From Styela clava (lineage: Eukaryota), in the NCBI RefSeq assembly GCF_964204865.1, contig NC_135263.1, positions 11,470,001 through 11,534,000 on the forward strand: 64,000 nt of DNA. The letters are read 5' to 3'. The position numbers and the translations under genes were made by a program. Shown here one piece after another: positions 25,379 to 38,944 of the stretch. Under the pieces are notes generated by a model. It made no database searches, was not told the DNA's origin, and saw only the letters and a program-made list of their open reading frames with translations. Position 1 is the stretch's first letter, and each line of letters opens with the position of its first letter.

Positions 25379-28300
25379 TTAACCTCTCATCACACGCACC
25401 GACATTTCATATCCGAAAAATAACGCAGCACTCTGTGGAAACCCACGCAAGGCATTTACACCCAGTCCTCGAAAAAACACCGGCAACCCTTCTTTACGGT
25501 ACATATTCCATGCGCATTCGAACACGCCAGTTTTTCCACCTTGTAGTTGAATTCTAAAAGCAGATGAATAATTAATTTAATCGAGTACTTACGTACGTAT
25601 TTCAAGGGGATTTCAAACTCTTTTGACCGCGGCCAGGTATGACTCAAACTGTGTTGAAACGGGTCGGACAAATATGTTTGTCAATGCATTACAATAAATT
25701 CCCAAAAGTTGGGAAATCCATTCAAATTATTTAACAATATAAATTCTACATTTCTGAAGTCTTGAATATTGAATTCGATATCGCAGAATAGAGATCAAGA
25801 ACATAATAGCAAAACAAATACCGTATTTGCTCGTTTTGTAGCCCGGGCCAATATTTTTTTAACCAAACGCACTAACCGGGCCCTTATTTAAACACGGGCG
25901 CTTGTTATTTTTAGAGTTAAATTATACAAAAAAATATATGAGAAAAACATATATATACATGGAGATAAGATAGATTGTTACAATAATTAATATATTGTCA
26001 TTTCCATGTCTCAAGTATGATTTGAACAAGAATAACAACAATTTTGACTTTTTCTAAGCACCGCAGGTACAAATCCGCAAAAGAAGAAAAGCTTTACGAC
26101 GCCCTATCAATATTGAAACGACGCACTTGGGCGTCGCGACGCCCAGTTTGAGAACCACGGTGTCTGTTATGTAATATGACGCCCAAGGCGTGAGGGTTAT
26201 CTACCACCGGCGCTTAAAATTCAACAGCGCTGTGACAAAAGCGCTTCTTATTTTCATTGTTCCCTACCACTGAAAAATCAGCTTTTACATCGGGCGAGTG
26301 TTCAAGCACCGGCCCTCATTTATTTTTATGTTCTTTTCACACGGGCGGCTATTCAAACGGGCCGAAGATCGGGCGGTAAACCGATCATATACCAGGAGAA
26401 ACGTACATAGCAACAGTTTCGCCGAGAACACGCGCCACGACTTCCTTCGCAGAAAACGATGCGTAGCGGTAGAGAATTTTAGCCTATTTTATCACACTTA
26501 TTTCTAGACAATTTTTGATTACTGCAATTAAACTACAACTCCTAAGAAGGCGAAATGATAATTGATTTATTTGATTCATACTTAGATTTCCGAATCACGA
26601 CTGAAAACTAACGAATAGCATTCAAAATCGCGAAAACGAGGTATTGTTTGAAACCAGAACTGGAAATCTGTCCGAGTGACAAAAGTGTTTGAGCGGTTAC
26701 GAAAGGGTCTATTATTACGTCAATTTTTGCATCTTGCTGATTAGCCAATGTTACGAAATGAACAAGGAAGTCGATGCTCGGGGAAACATCCCTTGAAAAA
26801 AATTCGCTATTTTTTCGTGTTATTGTGGACCAGATGAAAAGACGCCACGGACCGGATCTGGCCCGCAGGCCGTAGTTTGGTGACCCCTGATTTCAAATGC
26901 AAATGTACAGGAATCGCCAACACGCCGGTTGTTCTCGAAAACAGATATCGGATTTGATCTTGTGGAACAGTCACGGGTTTCCCCAAATCCGTTAAAATTG
27001 CTAGTTACATAAACATGTTTTGTTTTATTCCATAGACCGTATGCTAAAAGAGATATCAAACGCATGGGCAGCTATGTAACTGATATACAATACATTTCTG
27101 TCGACAATCGCATTACGTCACGGAAAATTCTGAATTTCGTAGGAAAATTACAAAAAAGACCGGAGGAATTTGATTATTGGCAGCATTTTTTCGAAAAGGA
27201 ATGTACTTCAAAAACTTTCTTTTTCGCTATTCGAGAGCGCAATTTCTCTCTCGTCTGATCTATAAACAGACTAATGTAGTAATAAAATTCAAGTTGGCAT
27301 CTTTATTGCCATAATACAATTATACGCCATTTTGTTCAAAAGCCTGCGAAACAAATATCGGATATCTATAAATACACAGACATAATGTTAAGCACCATAA
27401 AAACGATATAGCGAAGTTCCAAGAAATTTTCATCTATATGATATAGTTTTGAACCAACTTACCTGCTTTTTACTGTATCAACTGGATGCATTATACCCCA
27501 AGACAAAACACCTGCAAGTCCACCAGCAAGAATAAGGCCGATTGGTCCTGTCCGTGATTCATTTCTGCTTTTAAAAGCATTACAAAGGATAGTGTATGGG
27601 AGAAAGTACACCACGTATCCTGGTATATCTCGAATCAACATGGCAGGTCCACCACCTTTATAAAAGCCTCTTAGTCCATCTTTTTTGTATATTTTTAGCA
27701 GGCAGTCCATGACCCCTCGGTATTGTTCAGGCTGATTAGAACGGATAGGTATCAAGTTGGCACTATCTGACGACCTCACCAAAAATGACTCTATTTGCGA
27801 GACGATTGGTAGCGGATTAGGCTTTAGAAATCCTGAAGTAAATAAAATAGATTAGGAAAAATGCATGAAATTTTTTCACAGCCATTGCCCCAAAAAGCAC
27901 GTTGTGGATTTTGGTGAATATATCACAACAACAATGCTGATATGGGGCAGCGGGGGTCTTCTAAGTCTAATAAAGTGTTTTAAATTATGATTTCACGTAT
28001 TAGTGATTAGTTTTCATGCCCACCCGTGCCATTTAAAGGTTAATAGATCGGGCTGGTTGCGAATGCTTGAAAGAATTAGGAAATCCGTTTAATAAACAAT
28101 ATAATTTCCTGGCGCCGCCTGTAGTTTTGTTTGGGCCTGCTTAGTCAATATTATAAACTCTTTGAAAACCGATCAAGTGGAATATCAGTAATCACATGGC
28201 GAACATAAATTAGTCCGTAGCCATTATGTGCTGAAGTTGATGCCAATTTAATTAGGGCATGAATTGAATAAATTTTCGAGTCGAACTGGAATTATACACA

Positions 28301-31300
28301 AGTTGTTGTGTGTGCAGTAAAATTGACATTTGCATCTCGGACATTTGATCGTATCTCAATTGGAAAAACAATGCGGAACGATCCATATAAGACAAACAAA
28401 GTTGCGTTCGTTATATTTTGATATTTTTAAATCAAATTTCGTGTATTGGTAATCTACCCAACAATCACAAATAATTATAATATGGCATGACTTTTCTAGT
28501 TTTGGAGATTAGTTGACGCACCAAAAAGGGTCACCGTAGAACCACAATGTGGCCTAGACTTGATTCCGTGATACAAACATTTGAATAATGACATGATACA
28601 AAAAATATTCGATTTGACTCTCAAAAATCTCCATTTATGAAGTTTTTATTTTCAATAAAACCTCATTTTTCAGTTATTCGAGTACACGGAGTTAGTTCTA
28701 GATATTTTGCTTGTCAAGAAGAATAGTTAAGTATCAGAAGATGACGCCTGATGAAGCGATGCAACTTGAGACGTATCCAATTTGAGCTTCATCAGCCATC
28801 TCGAAAATCCAAGCCCATATCGTAATTTTAAATAAAATCATTTTCCAATAAAGAGAATTGTTATTTGGCATTTTGACTTGCTAATAATTTGACTTTGACA
28901 TTTTTCGAGGTTATTATATATAGACTAATTTTAACTTTCAGCCCTGAAATATATTTAAATTGAAAATCAATACTATTTAAAATTATTACGAGCATTGATT
29001 GCGAAAAAAAACAATTGAAGCAAGAGAAAATTAAATTTCATACATTTTAATAAAAAAAATAAGATTACATGGAATAAAATAACAAAGGTTTAATCTTATA
29101 CAACCTATATACCTCCGATACTCACCTCCCAACGAAAGGCGAGGAATGCCTTGAATTGGTTTAACGTTTTATTTCCATGGGCTGACGTGGCGCGGCCAGC
29201 CAAACTAAAGATAAAAATTCACGTGAAACTAAACAGGGAAAACTTACTGCATTAAAGTTCTTTCATTTAAAAGAATATCATTGCAAGAATTCCGTTATTT
29301 AAAGTCTGAGATTTTTTAGACTTTTCCAAGCACAAAACAAAATATGCGTTTATATCCGAAAATGTACTTTAGGGCTTACAGAAATAAATACCCAATGATT
29401 TGAAATTGTATGAAATTATATTTTTGAATTGAATTAAATACCGCCTATTCGATATTTTTATAGTAAATTAGGTGATGAATGAATTATAAAATTAGTTATG
29501 ATCACGATACAAAAATTTGAGAATGTGCGATTATTTCAGGACCTAGAACGACAACTATTAGCGAACCCAATTTTTTGATTTGCCTTGGTCTATATTTGTA
29601 AGACTGGGAAATTTAAGCTTAAATTGGGGCCAAATTCCAGGCTGCAAAAAGTTACAAGCTCATTCCCCGTCCTCATTGAAATGAAAACCCCATCATAATA
29701 TTTCATAGTTTTCGGATATACAAAGTATTATTTTGGGATTAGGGGTAATTTAGTGAATTTCTTCGCAAATACCAAAATTAAAACCCTTAATGAAGTCATA
29801 GTTAATTTTATCGAATATAAAAATCATTTTTTATCTGGTCGTGTCACTTTGTACAGGAAAATGAGACAGGAACAAAATTTTGGATGACACGATGTACATG
29901 AATATTTGATGGATAACGATCGATATACAAATGAAATATATAACTGAAAAAAGATATAAAACCTGCATGGCACACAAACAGAAATACTTTGCCGATGAGT
30001 GAAAATTCGCATGGTGAAAATGCCGGAAGTTTGCATCCTTGAAATATTCTAATAAAGCAACAATGAATAATTGTATTCGATTGACAATTGGAAAAGAGCG
30101 CTCCCGAAGTATGTGCACCATAATGACGCACAACCTGAACTTTAATCTGGTACACATACTAAGTTAAAGTTGTGCGCCATCTTGGTGCACATACTTCGGG
30201 AACTCCGAAAAAAAGTCATTTGGTTTAATTTCGGGAATTGAAAAACCTTTTTTCAATTTATTTCAGCTTCAATTTTTGTGATATAATTGAAATGCAAATC
30301 AAATCATTGTCATTTTCAAACATTTGTTGAGATTTAGCAACTGTCCTATTATTGGAAAATTATCAATCACATGTGAAGAATCATAGTATTATGTTTACCT
30401 CTTTTTTCCACTTTCCTCGTCACATTGGTTTTTACATCATTGAGTCGTATGGGTTCGACAGATCCTGTTTGTGTTTGTAAACGAATTTTGACCAGATCAA
30501 CAGGTGCTCCAATTGACACCGACACTGCCCCTGCTATCATTGACGCGAACGTGATATCTGAATACCTAGCTTGGTGGTTCGCATCATTGTACCGCCACTG
30601 GCATATTAACTTCGTAGTATTGCTGTAAAAATGTATTTTTGTGAGATCGTGCCGCTGAATTTAACAGAATGTCTGTGCTCAGGATGGAACATAAATTCTA
30701 AATTAGAAAATGGCCTATTGACACGAGTTCTGCCACTAAATATATGAGATATCGTAGGAAACTCAATATTAACAAGGTCATTCATTCTTTTCATTGCTTA
30801 ATTACTATGAAATCAAATATAATTACGGTAATAGTGTTGTATGTGAAGACACAAACATAGTTATGAAACAATGCCGTCCTCACCTAATGCTTGCAATGAG
30901 AAACGCTTATCAAACGAAGAGATTACTGATTTTGACTCATTTAACAAAATCTTGTGACGTTTGATGGGTGGTTCCAAACAGATATTATATATTATGACCT
31001 CCTGTCCTTTTATGTAATATGTCATAATACGGAGCTAAAGTATAATATGATTAAACGCTATTAATCATCTTCTAAATATTATTTTTGAGTAATTAATTAC
31101 GTCATAAAAATATGGTTGCTGTCATCTGTTGCTACACAGTGAACTATGACTGAATTAAAAAACAACTATTACTTTTAAACGCAAGTTTACCTGTATACTC
31201 CGAATACTAACGCGTTGTACCCAGCTACAGACAATAATGGAAAGGACATTCCTTTGAAAAATCCCTTTGGTCCTTCTTTATGCATAATTTTGATGCAACA

Positions 31301-34062
31301 ATCAATTGTCCCCTTGTAGGCGTTTGATGTTTGCAAGCGCACCTGAAGTATTGATAAAAACTCTTATTAGGAGATGCAATGCAGCCGATCAATAACTCTC
31401 TGCTTGTGTGTCCGGCGCTTTATACTTTATAAATTTTTAGGAACCTGTGTTTACAACATGTATATTGAATCTAGTATGATATCTGTAATGTTATTTTCGT
31501 TTTTGGAAAACAATTTTAAGCTCTGGAAGAGCTCTCCCATTATTATGCGACTACAATAACCGACCATGAAATTCTTCTTTAAGCCGAGTGAAAATGAATA
31601 TTGAAAAATATTTTCAGCACGGGACTAGTTTGATCAAATTGAATTTATGTTTCGGATAATAGTCGAAATAGCAACTGTTTATGCATTTGTATTTATGTTT
31701 TGAATAACTGATAGAAGTTAAGATAGCCTACAAAACATGTTCAATATAGTTGTGCCCCATGATCCAATTTCAAGCCATGTAATTTATGCATAATATTAAC
31801 AAGGAACTAAAAATGTATCCAATGGATATTGTTATTCCAATATAAACGGATGTATTTATTTAGGTGACCGTACATTTGAACCCACGTACATTTGAACACA
31901 TGTGTATATTCACGGGTTTAAACTATATACGGGTGCTAAAACCCATGGGTTAGGGTTAGTATGAGTTCAACTATCCGAAAAACAAAAAGAAATCCGTAGG
32001 TGCAATAGCATACAGGTGCAATTGTTATGGGTTCAAATGTACGTGGGTTCAAATGTAATGGAATCATTTATTTACATTACACAATATGTAATCGTTTCTC
32101 ACAAATAAAAGGAAATTTGCGTCGAAGAGAAAATAAATATAAACTTGTGTGAACTTGAAACTGCTATGTCTGATACATTTTACGAGTAAAAAGGTGTGGT
32201 TTGCATTTGAAAATAACAAATACGTTTTAGCTTCGAGGACAGACTTTCGGTAATTTGGAATTCATGATTCCCGCCAGAAAACACCAGTATTTTTCCACGA
32301 GACGGGGATTTTTCCCCAAGCGCTGGGATGTATCCGGCGCCTCCATTCATAACTGGTCACGCCTACATTACGCCGGTATACGACATTGTATACATTCCGC
32401 GACTCTGAATGACGTTGAATGTATTTCGTTTCTCGGATACCAAAGGCGACGCGTTCATCTGAGCAGATGAATTTTTGAGTGCCGGTAAATACCGTACGTC
32501 ATAATCATGGTTGAAATGCAAAATGCCTTACTTTAACGGTGTCCAATGGATGGCTTGATTTAACACCAGCTGCACCTGCGAAGGGAAAACAGGTTTAAAT
32601 TTCCTCACTTAAACACTCTGAATTGTCCAATTTTACTAACAAAAAAAGCAATGAAGTATATACAAAATATAGTAAATACAATTTTCAAGGGCATTAAAAC
32701 ACTATTGGATTTAAACAGTGTAAGACTGCAGGTTAATTATTTACATTGGATCATTTAATTTTAAAAAATATTGCGTTTAACTATGTTATGCGTAGGTAAA
32801 CATATCCGAAGAACCCAGAGTGAACCCTGGCTACGCTTCTATATGCGGTATTGAGTAAACATGCTTGCAATACAGCGCCCACCAAAGTGGGCCAATGGCG
32901 ACAGCGGGTGTACAAATGCTTACAAAAATATGGGTGAGTGACCGACCCTAGGCGGGGAATGGGCGGTTACAACCAGACTTAACCTAGCATGCACCGGATA
33001 CGTAACTATTTCAGTGAAAATATACATTTTCCGATATGCGCCAAACTGGATGACATGGAATTAAAGCAAATTTATTGCATTTGCTTGGAATATACATATT
33101 GATATTCGCTTATGTGCATAATTTACAACTTGACAAATAACAAAGAATGGATTTTTTATTCTGATTGTTTAGAGATATCCATATTTGTCTCGATATACAT
33201 AAAATATGGTAAGATTAGTAGCAAAAAAACTAAATAACTCTCCATCTTAGTTTTTACTGTACATGCGCAAAATATCGCAAATAGCGCTGAAACTGGAAAA
33301 TCATTATATTTTTTCGGGAAATTTTTTTAACCGAAATTTTCATATAAAAAGCTTCAAAAAACGCACAAGTATGAATTTTTCATAAAATGAGAAATGTGGA
33401 AGCTCGTGTAGGTAAAATAAAAATATAAACCACCTCTCCTCGAAAACGAAACTACTTCTTTCCGATACCTCAGTGTTTCGGATATACGTAAACGTCATAC
33501 GCAAGCTTAAATATCACCATTTCAGCTAAAACAAATAATATGGACATGGAATTTGAATAATTTTTACGTTCATCATCAAGGCATAAAAGTGACCATTGAA
33601 TGATAATGTATCGTTTCGTAATCAGAAAAACACCGTAACCTCGCAATTATCATAAACAACCACTCTAACAACGACGATGTCTGGGATTAGCTCGTTTATA
33701 AAGCCTGAAAATGACAAACCATGCTATGAGGAACTTCACGGATTATACACATTTACATACACATTATACATATTGCTTTCACAGAACGGATAAAAAACGA
33801 TTATTTTCGATTTTCTGGTGATCGATATCGATGATAGACGAGATCAAACGCATTGAAAATGATTTTTACTAAGCATCAAATTTAGTACACGACTCGTTCA
33901 GACTGTCCCATTCATATTTCACACTCAATCATGTCTCAGTTAAAAATATACATTTTCGACAAATAGACTAAAATACAAAATGTCTGTGATTGTGGTTAAA
34001 TAAATATAAAACTCACCCCCGATCCATCCCGCCAGAAAATCACATGCGTCCACAGATGGCAT
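25379..34062 (-). CDS. SLC25A48: Mitochondrial carrier, SLC25A48/SLC25A45-like, 6 coding exons
   Basis: Approximate exons: 34062-34017 (MPSVDACDFLAGWIG), 32576-32532 (GAAGVKSSHPLDTVK), 31342-31191 (VRLQ..FFKGMSFP), 30622-30399 (PVDLVKIRLQ), 27832-27463 (RDIPGY..HPVDTVKSR) and 25553-25379 (LRGFPQSAALFFGYEMSVRVMRG*). It has three Px[DE]xx[KR] signatures. The termini most resemble SLC25A48 as recalled. Confidence 0.88.
25602..26889. mobile_element. Nested MITE cluster: hAT-type outer element with a TACCGTA-type (pogo/Tigger-like) element and another hAT end inside
   Basis: Outer ends are (C)AAGGGGATTTCAAAC ... GTAGTTTGGTGACCCCTG. The inner element starts TACCGTATTTGCTCG at ~25819 and ends ~26390. 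A TTTGAGAACCACGG end lies at ~26147-26160. Confidence 0.6.
29351..29720. mobile_element. Candidate MITE with 12-bp TIR TATATCCGAAAA
   Basis: Perfect inverted 12-mers at 29351-29362 and 29709-29720. Similar ends bracket ~32800-33490. Confidence 0.45.
30097..30206. mobile_element. Short palindromic MITE (TCCCGAAGTATGTGCACCAAGATGGCGCACAAC family)
   Basis: Near-perfect ~40-bp inverted arms. The same family occurs at ~44811, 45477-45726 and ~63641-63754. Confidence 0.85.
31863..32066. mobile_element. MITE with tandemly repeated TIR (TACATTTGAACCCACG) and internal GGGTTAGGGTTAG
   Basis: TACATTTGAACCCACGTACATTTGAAC at the left end and its reverse complement at the right end. Confidence 0.8.
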
Positions 34063-34358
34063 ATTTTCTGTTGAAAAAATACGCCTTCAGCTAAGTGACA
34101 GAATAAATAAAATAGTATACCCAGCTCCAAATACCGTGCACATATACCAGTGTCAGTAACTGAATAACTATGAATCAAAATAGAGAGAAGTATAAAACAC
34201 CAAACGGATGAGTGCATTACGTCATACAAGAATGGCAGTATTCTATTCAAACGAAACAACAGCTATTTACCGCCGATCGATGTATTGCGTGACTCAGGGT
34301 TTACGTGGAATTTGTTACGTACGATTCATTCCCCCATGCCTGCATTTTCTCCCAGAAC

Positions 34359-34426
34359 GCGACTCCCATGTTTGTGATATTTATACTAGGGTGCGACTCC
34401 CATGTTTGTGATATTTATACTAGGGT
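34359..34426. repeat. Exact 34-bp tandem duplication upstream of the SLC25 gene
   Basis: GCGACTCCCATGTTTGTGATATTTATACTAGGGT occurs twice in tandem. Confidence 0.9.
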
Positions 34427-36558
34427 GCATTGGAATTCTGATTCATTCTTCAAATTTTATTGAGTCATAAAATTTTATAAACAAAAATTCTGTGGAAGTT
34501 CCATATTTGGATAGTACAAAGGCGAATCACAACCGTCAAAGCTGAAATATATATATACCAAATCGCAAAACGCGAAAAAATTGATTGTCACACAATCAGA
34601 CAGACACATGACGCAAGATTTTTGATTCCGCTAAAACAAACATGGCCACGGTAAATGCGTCTTAAGCCAGGGATTCGTTCACTTCTTTTGCTCTGTAACT
34701 TATCCTAAACTATCCTAGAAAATAGAAAAAAAATCGAATAAAATTAGTGGCGGAGCAATAACATGAAGAGCTACTAAGTCAATATTAGTTATCAAATTAA
34801 AGAAATTATCTGAGATTTGAACACTTGGAAAAGATTTGAAACAAATCCCTAGAATATCATGAATTCCCTAACATTAACACCTTTGTCCTGTCTATTTACT
34901 CATATTCAATGGAGTGGAGTGGTATAGTAGTCCAAAGTGGGGAAAGTATAGTAAAGTTTAAAAGTTGTTTCTGATATGCCACGTCTTATCTCCTTGCATC
35001 ATATTACTGCTAGTCAACGATTCGACGCATGCTAATGACGTGAGCAGAGGCGTGAATTATTGTGAGTGAGAATAATGTGGTTAGTTAGGTGTGAACAAAT
35101 GATAGCGACATCGTGACAAAGCGTTCGTCGTTTATGTGCCAAACCCGATAAGAAATAATTTTCTCGGGTAAAGCTGCTTCGATACTGCCGGTCATACGGG
35201 TGCTTGGCTAATTCTTATTGCGTCACATATTTAAACATATTCAAGATTTTATTGCCTTTTTCAAACTACTTGAAGGCGATTCACAAAAAAAAATAACATC
35301 AATAGTACCACTGCCTTCTGGAGTCTGCCTTTCGACAAAAACATCAACCGCGTGTATAGATAAAATCAAATACACGACAAAAAGCGCCGTGTCTCTCATT
35401 CTTCGTATAATATGATACATTTACTCGCGTATTTCATTTAAATGTTTGGCAAAGGATCATACATAAGCCAGACGAGTTTATTAAATATGCATGTGGTTTA
35501 ATTAAAATGAATTGAACTTGAGATACATGTTATATACTGTATCAGTACACATACAAATATTTTCTACTCGATTGCCGAACGCACTGTAATACACATTACA
35601 AAGTATTAAGAGGTGTGAACATTTACAATATTCGATAATTCAAACTGCACAACCTTTCAAGCACGAATATGAGTTCAATTATGTGCGGTTATTCACCAGT
35701 CATGTCGGAACTCGACAATCAGGAAATCTTCTTATCCCACAATCCCACTTTCTAACGATTATAACTAATGAGATATACAATAGAATCACTCGTAATGTTT
35801 TTGGAAATACATTCAACGATCTATCCAATAGCAAGTAATTTCAGTAGTGTTATTCAGAAAATCGATGAAATCACTTTATAGAAAACCTAAAGAACTTGTT
35901 CGCTTGGTACCTCGGCAGATACCAGTACATACGTAAATTATCCGGCTCCAATTCAAACGATTATGGGTCAGGAAGATACATCCAAAGAATTTTACAGTTC
36001 CTAAATGTATTATTACACCTTTCATAACTTAACTATAAATCTACTGCTATTTTATTCCTAATCATTTATCCACTGTAACCTGATATCAAAAGCAGACAAA
36101 CGATTATTTAACAGACTCCGATTTCCTGTTTGATCACAATAACTATAGCCTACTACTTTGTTTACTGGACAATCGAACTCATTTCATGTAGGGTCATAGA
36201 TGCTTTATGGATATCTGGACGATGAATGACCTACTTCTGAGCAAATACCAAACCTGTTTAATGGTATTACAATCATGCTTGACCTATAATATCTTGTTGT
36301 GTGTCTATTGCACTCTGACCAATGGTCAATACAACGCATACATTTATTGTAAGTGCTACCTTTGAGCCCTAAGGGCCGGGCATTGTAAATGGCGATTGCC
36401 TGTTGTCATATAATTAACACATTTTACAAATGATTTACACCCTCTAATCATTGGTCAATGAAACTAAGCCTTTGATTGGCATATTCGAGTTTTATTTATT
36501 ATTACATTCAAATTTGATTCCACCCTAACGTACAATTACACTTAAAGTATCTCAATTT

Positions 36559-37178
36559 TTTTTCTATATTAACCTGAAAGAGGCAAAGGCTTAGAAACGG
36601 TGGAAAGAAGGACTGAGAGTATCTAGTGCCCATCAAGAGCCTACACATAAAACAATTACATCGTTGTAATATATATAATTTATATATCGTTCTAACGATC
36701 TATAACCTCCCCGAGTCATCTAATTTCATCTAAACTATTAGCACTAAATCTGCCTATGTATATTAAATATAACAACTTGTAATATATAATTTATTCACCA
36801 GCATAGTAAAATATAACAGCAAGACAAATAGCACTATTAAACAAATTAACACCAAACACACCAAGAAAATGGCAACTTTTGTATTGATATACTTTATTCT
36901 CTCTATTTTTGTTATATTGTTTGTTCTTTCTCTTCTTTCTCACTTATTTATAGGCCTTTTTCTCTCTTTCTAAACTTTCCCTCCGTCATCTTGACATTTT
37001 TCTCCTTCTTTTCTCCTTACCTGGCCAAGACGAAATACTCGTCACTGGAGGGCTCAATGAGTGTGTATCAAGGTGCATTTCTCCTAGTGATGGGAACTTC
37101 TGTTAACTTTTTATTTTGTTTTATAGAAAAAGAAAAACCATCTGACAGCCTCCCCTGAAAAAACGTAAGTATGAAAAA
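36559..37178 (+). mobile_element. 5'-truncated non-LTR retro-insertion (L1/Tx1-like 3' end)
   Basis: 15-bp TSD AAAGTATCTCAATTT at 36544-36558 and 37179-37193, an A-rich 3' end, a TT/AAAG target site and a pyrimidine-rich 3'UTR-like body. Confidence 0.65.
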
Positions 37179-38944
37179 AAAGTATCTCAATTTCTGTGTA
37201 TATCTGCGGCTATGATTATTATAGCAATTTATTGGTAAATTTTTTCACCATCTTCCGAGAAAAAAGTGGTTATATCAATAATATAAATTGTGGGAGTTTA
37301 AAATTTGTCCGCATAAATGTGATCCTGTGTGGGCAATCCACGTGTTAGGGCAATCAAAATAATACATCGAGTAAACTCGTAGAAGCAGTAAAATCAAATC
37401 AAGTTTTTACGTTTAAAAATACGGAATTAATTATTAAAATATTGCGTTTCTTCAGTATTTATTAACAATATTTAAATACACACAAAGCTTTGAAAGAGGA
37501 ATTTATTAATTGTTGTACCTGTGAGTGATACGAGTGTACTTATCGGTTTGCAAACTTCTTATTATTATTGTTGAGATGGTTTGGTCTGGTCATAATCCAG
37601 TAAAAGAATCGGGACATGATTTCGTCAAAGTCTGGATATAGTATAGGCCTACGAATACAAAATTAGGATTTCCTAATCTATTTTATTTTTTGAATTACTT
37701 CAACCTGCACCTGACAACGTCTTGATGAATAAAAAAATCAAACTAAACAAAGTTATTCAACGTTTTGAGAATACTACTATGCGACTTATATTGAGATTAT
37801 TTAAATTTTCTAATGAAAATTATCATATATACACAATTACCGTACAAAGTATTATTTTCTGTTAATTTGGTCGGTCAGTCTATTCACATTAGTTCTTGTA
37901 AATAAATAACTAATGAACGAAGTACTTGGATATTTATATAATATGTTGCCTTCTTGCTCGATGTTGCACCTGACTGATACCACAACCAAAATCAACATCA
38001 TTTAGTAATTATTGTACTGTATATCATGAACACGCGCTAGCAGTGCTTATTATCCTGTTTAATCTTTTCAATGCAATTGGAAAATGATAAAGACCCAAAC
38101 ACTTAGGTACATGTAGTGCAACAAATTGATTTTTACAAATACCAAATCAATGGAATAGCTGGACATCATTTTTAGGATGGAATCATATTCTACCCATTCA
38201 TGACATCCAACGATAGTATGCACATCGAGGTTTTCATGGATATTTTTAAATGGCATAGATCGATTGGTCCACGGTCAAATAGATCTGAAACGTTCAACTA
38301 TCGTGATTTGCAAAATGATTATAATGTTTTTCGAGAAAAGTTTTCATGGTTGTTTAACCGCCTTACTTCTTCTTAGGGTAAACATAAAAACATATTTTTG
38401 TATACCTCAAATTATATGCAAATAATCGTCATCCTCTTCCGATGCCATAGCCGTGCGTGTCGTGTGCGGTCAACTTGCAAGAAAATATTTAAGATGGGAT
38501 TTACATATTCATTCCGAGGGAGAAGGAAACTGATAAGACGGCTTAATCATGTGGCGAACCACTGCCTACATTTTACCAGAACAGCCCCATGTCGATAGAT
38601 CGCGCGAGAACATACTTTTGTGCATATGTTGCTTTTCAAGAACAGGCTTTTGCCATAATGATATTTGGTGAAAATGGATTATGCAAATATGCAAAGTATG
38701 TATTTTTCCAAAAACAAACATCTGTGCGACTCAATTTTGCGACATTATTGTCGAAATTATTCTCATAATTACTCCCGAATATTTCCACTCAAATTTACCC
38801 CTTCTTTTAATCACTACTGACATCTAACGATTGTTTGGACCGAGTCATCGACACTGTTTTTGTTTTGGTAAATTGTCTTAGAATCTGAGTTACGTTAACT
38901 CAGCTGTAAGTTACCTTCTTGGTTTTCAGTGAGAATTGGGAGAC

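Noticed and set aside
29824-30157. Cluster of 70-108 aa ORFs
   Set aside because: They are intronic, overlap a palindromic MITE, and show no protein motifs.
31945-31960. Interstitial telomere
   Set aside because: Only about two TTAGGG units, embedded in a MITE.
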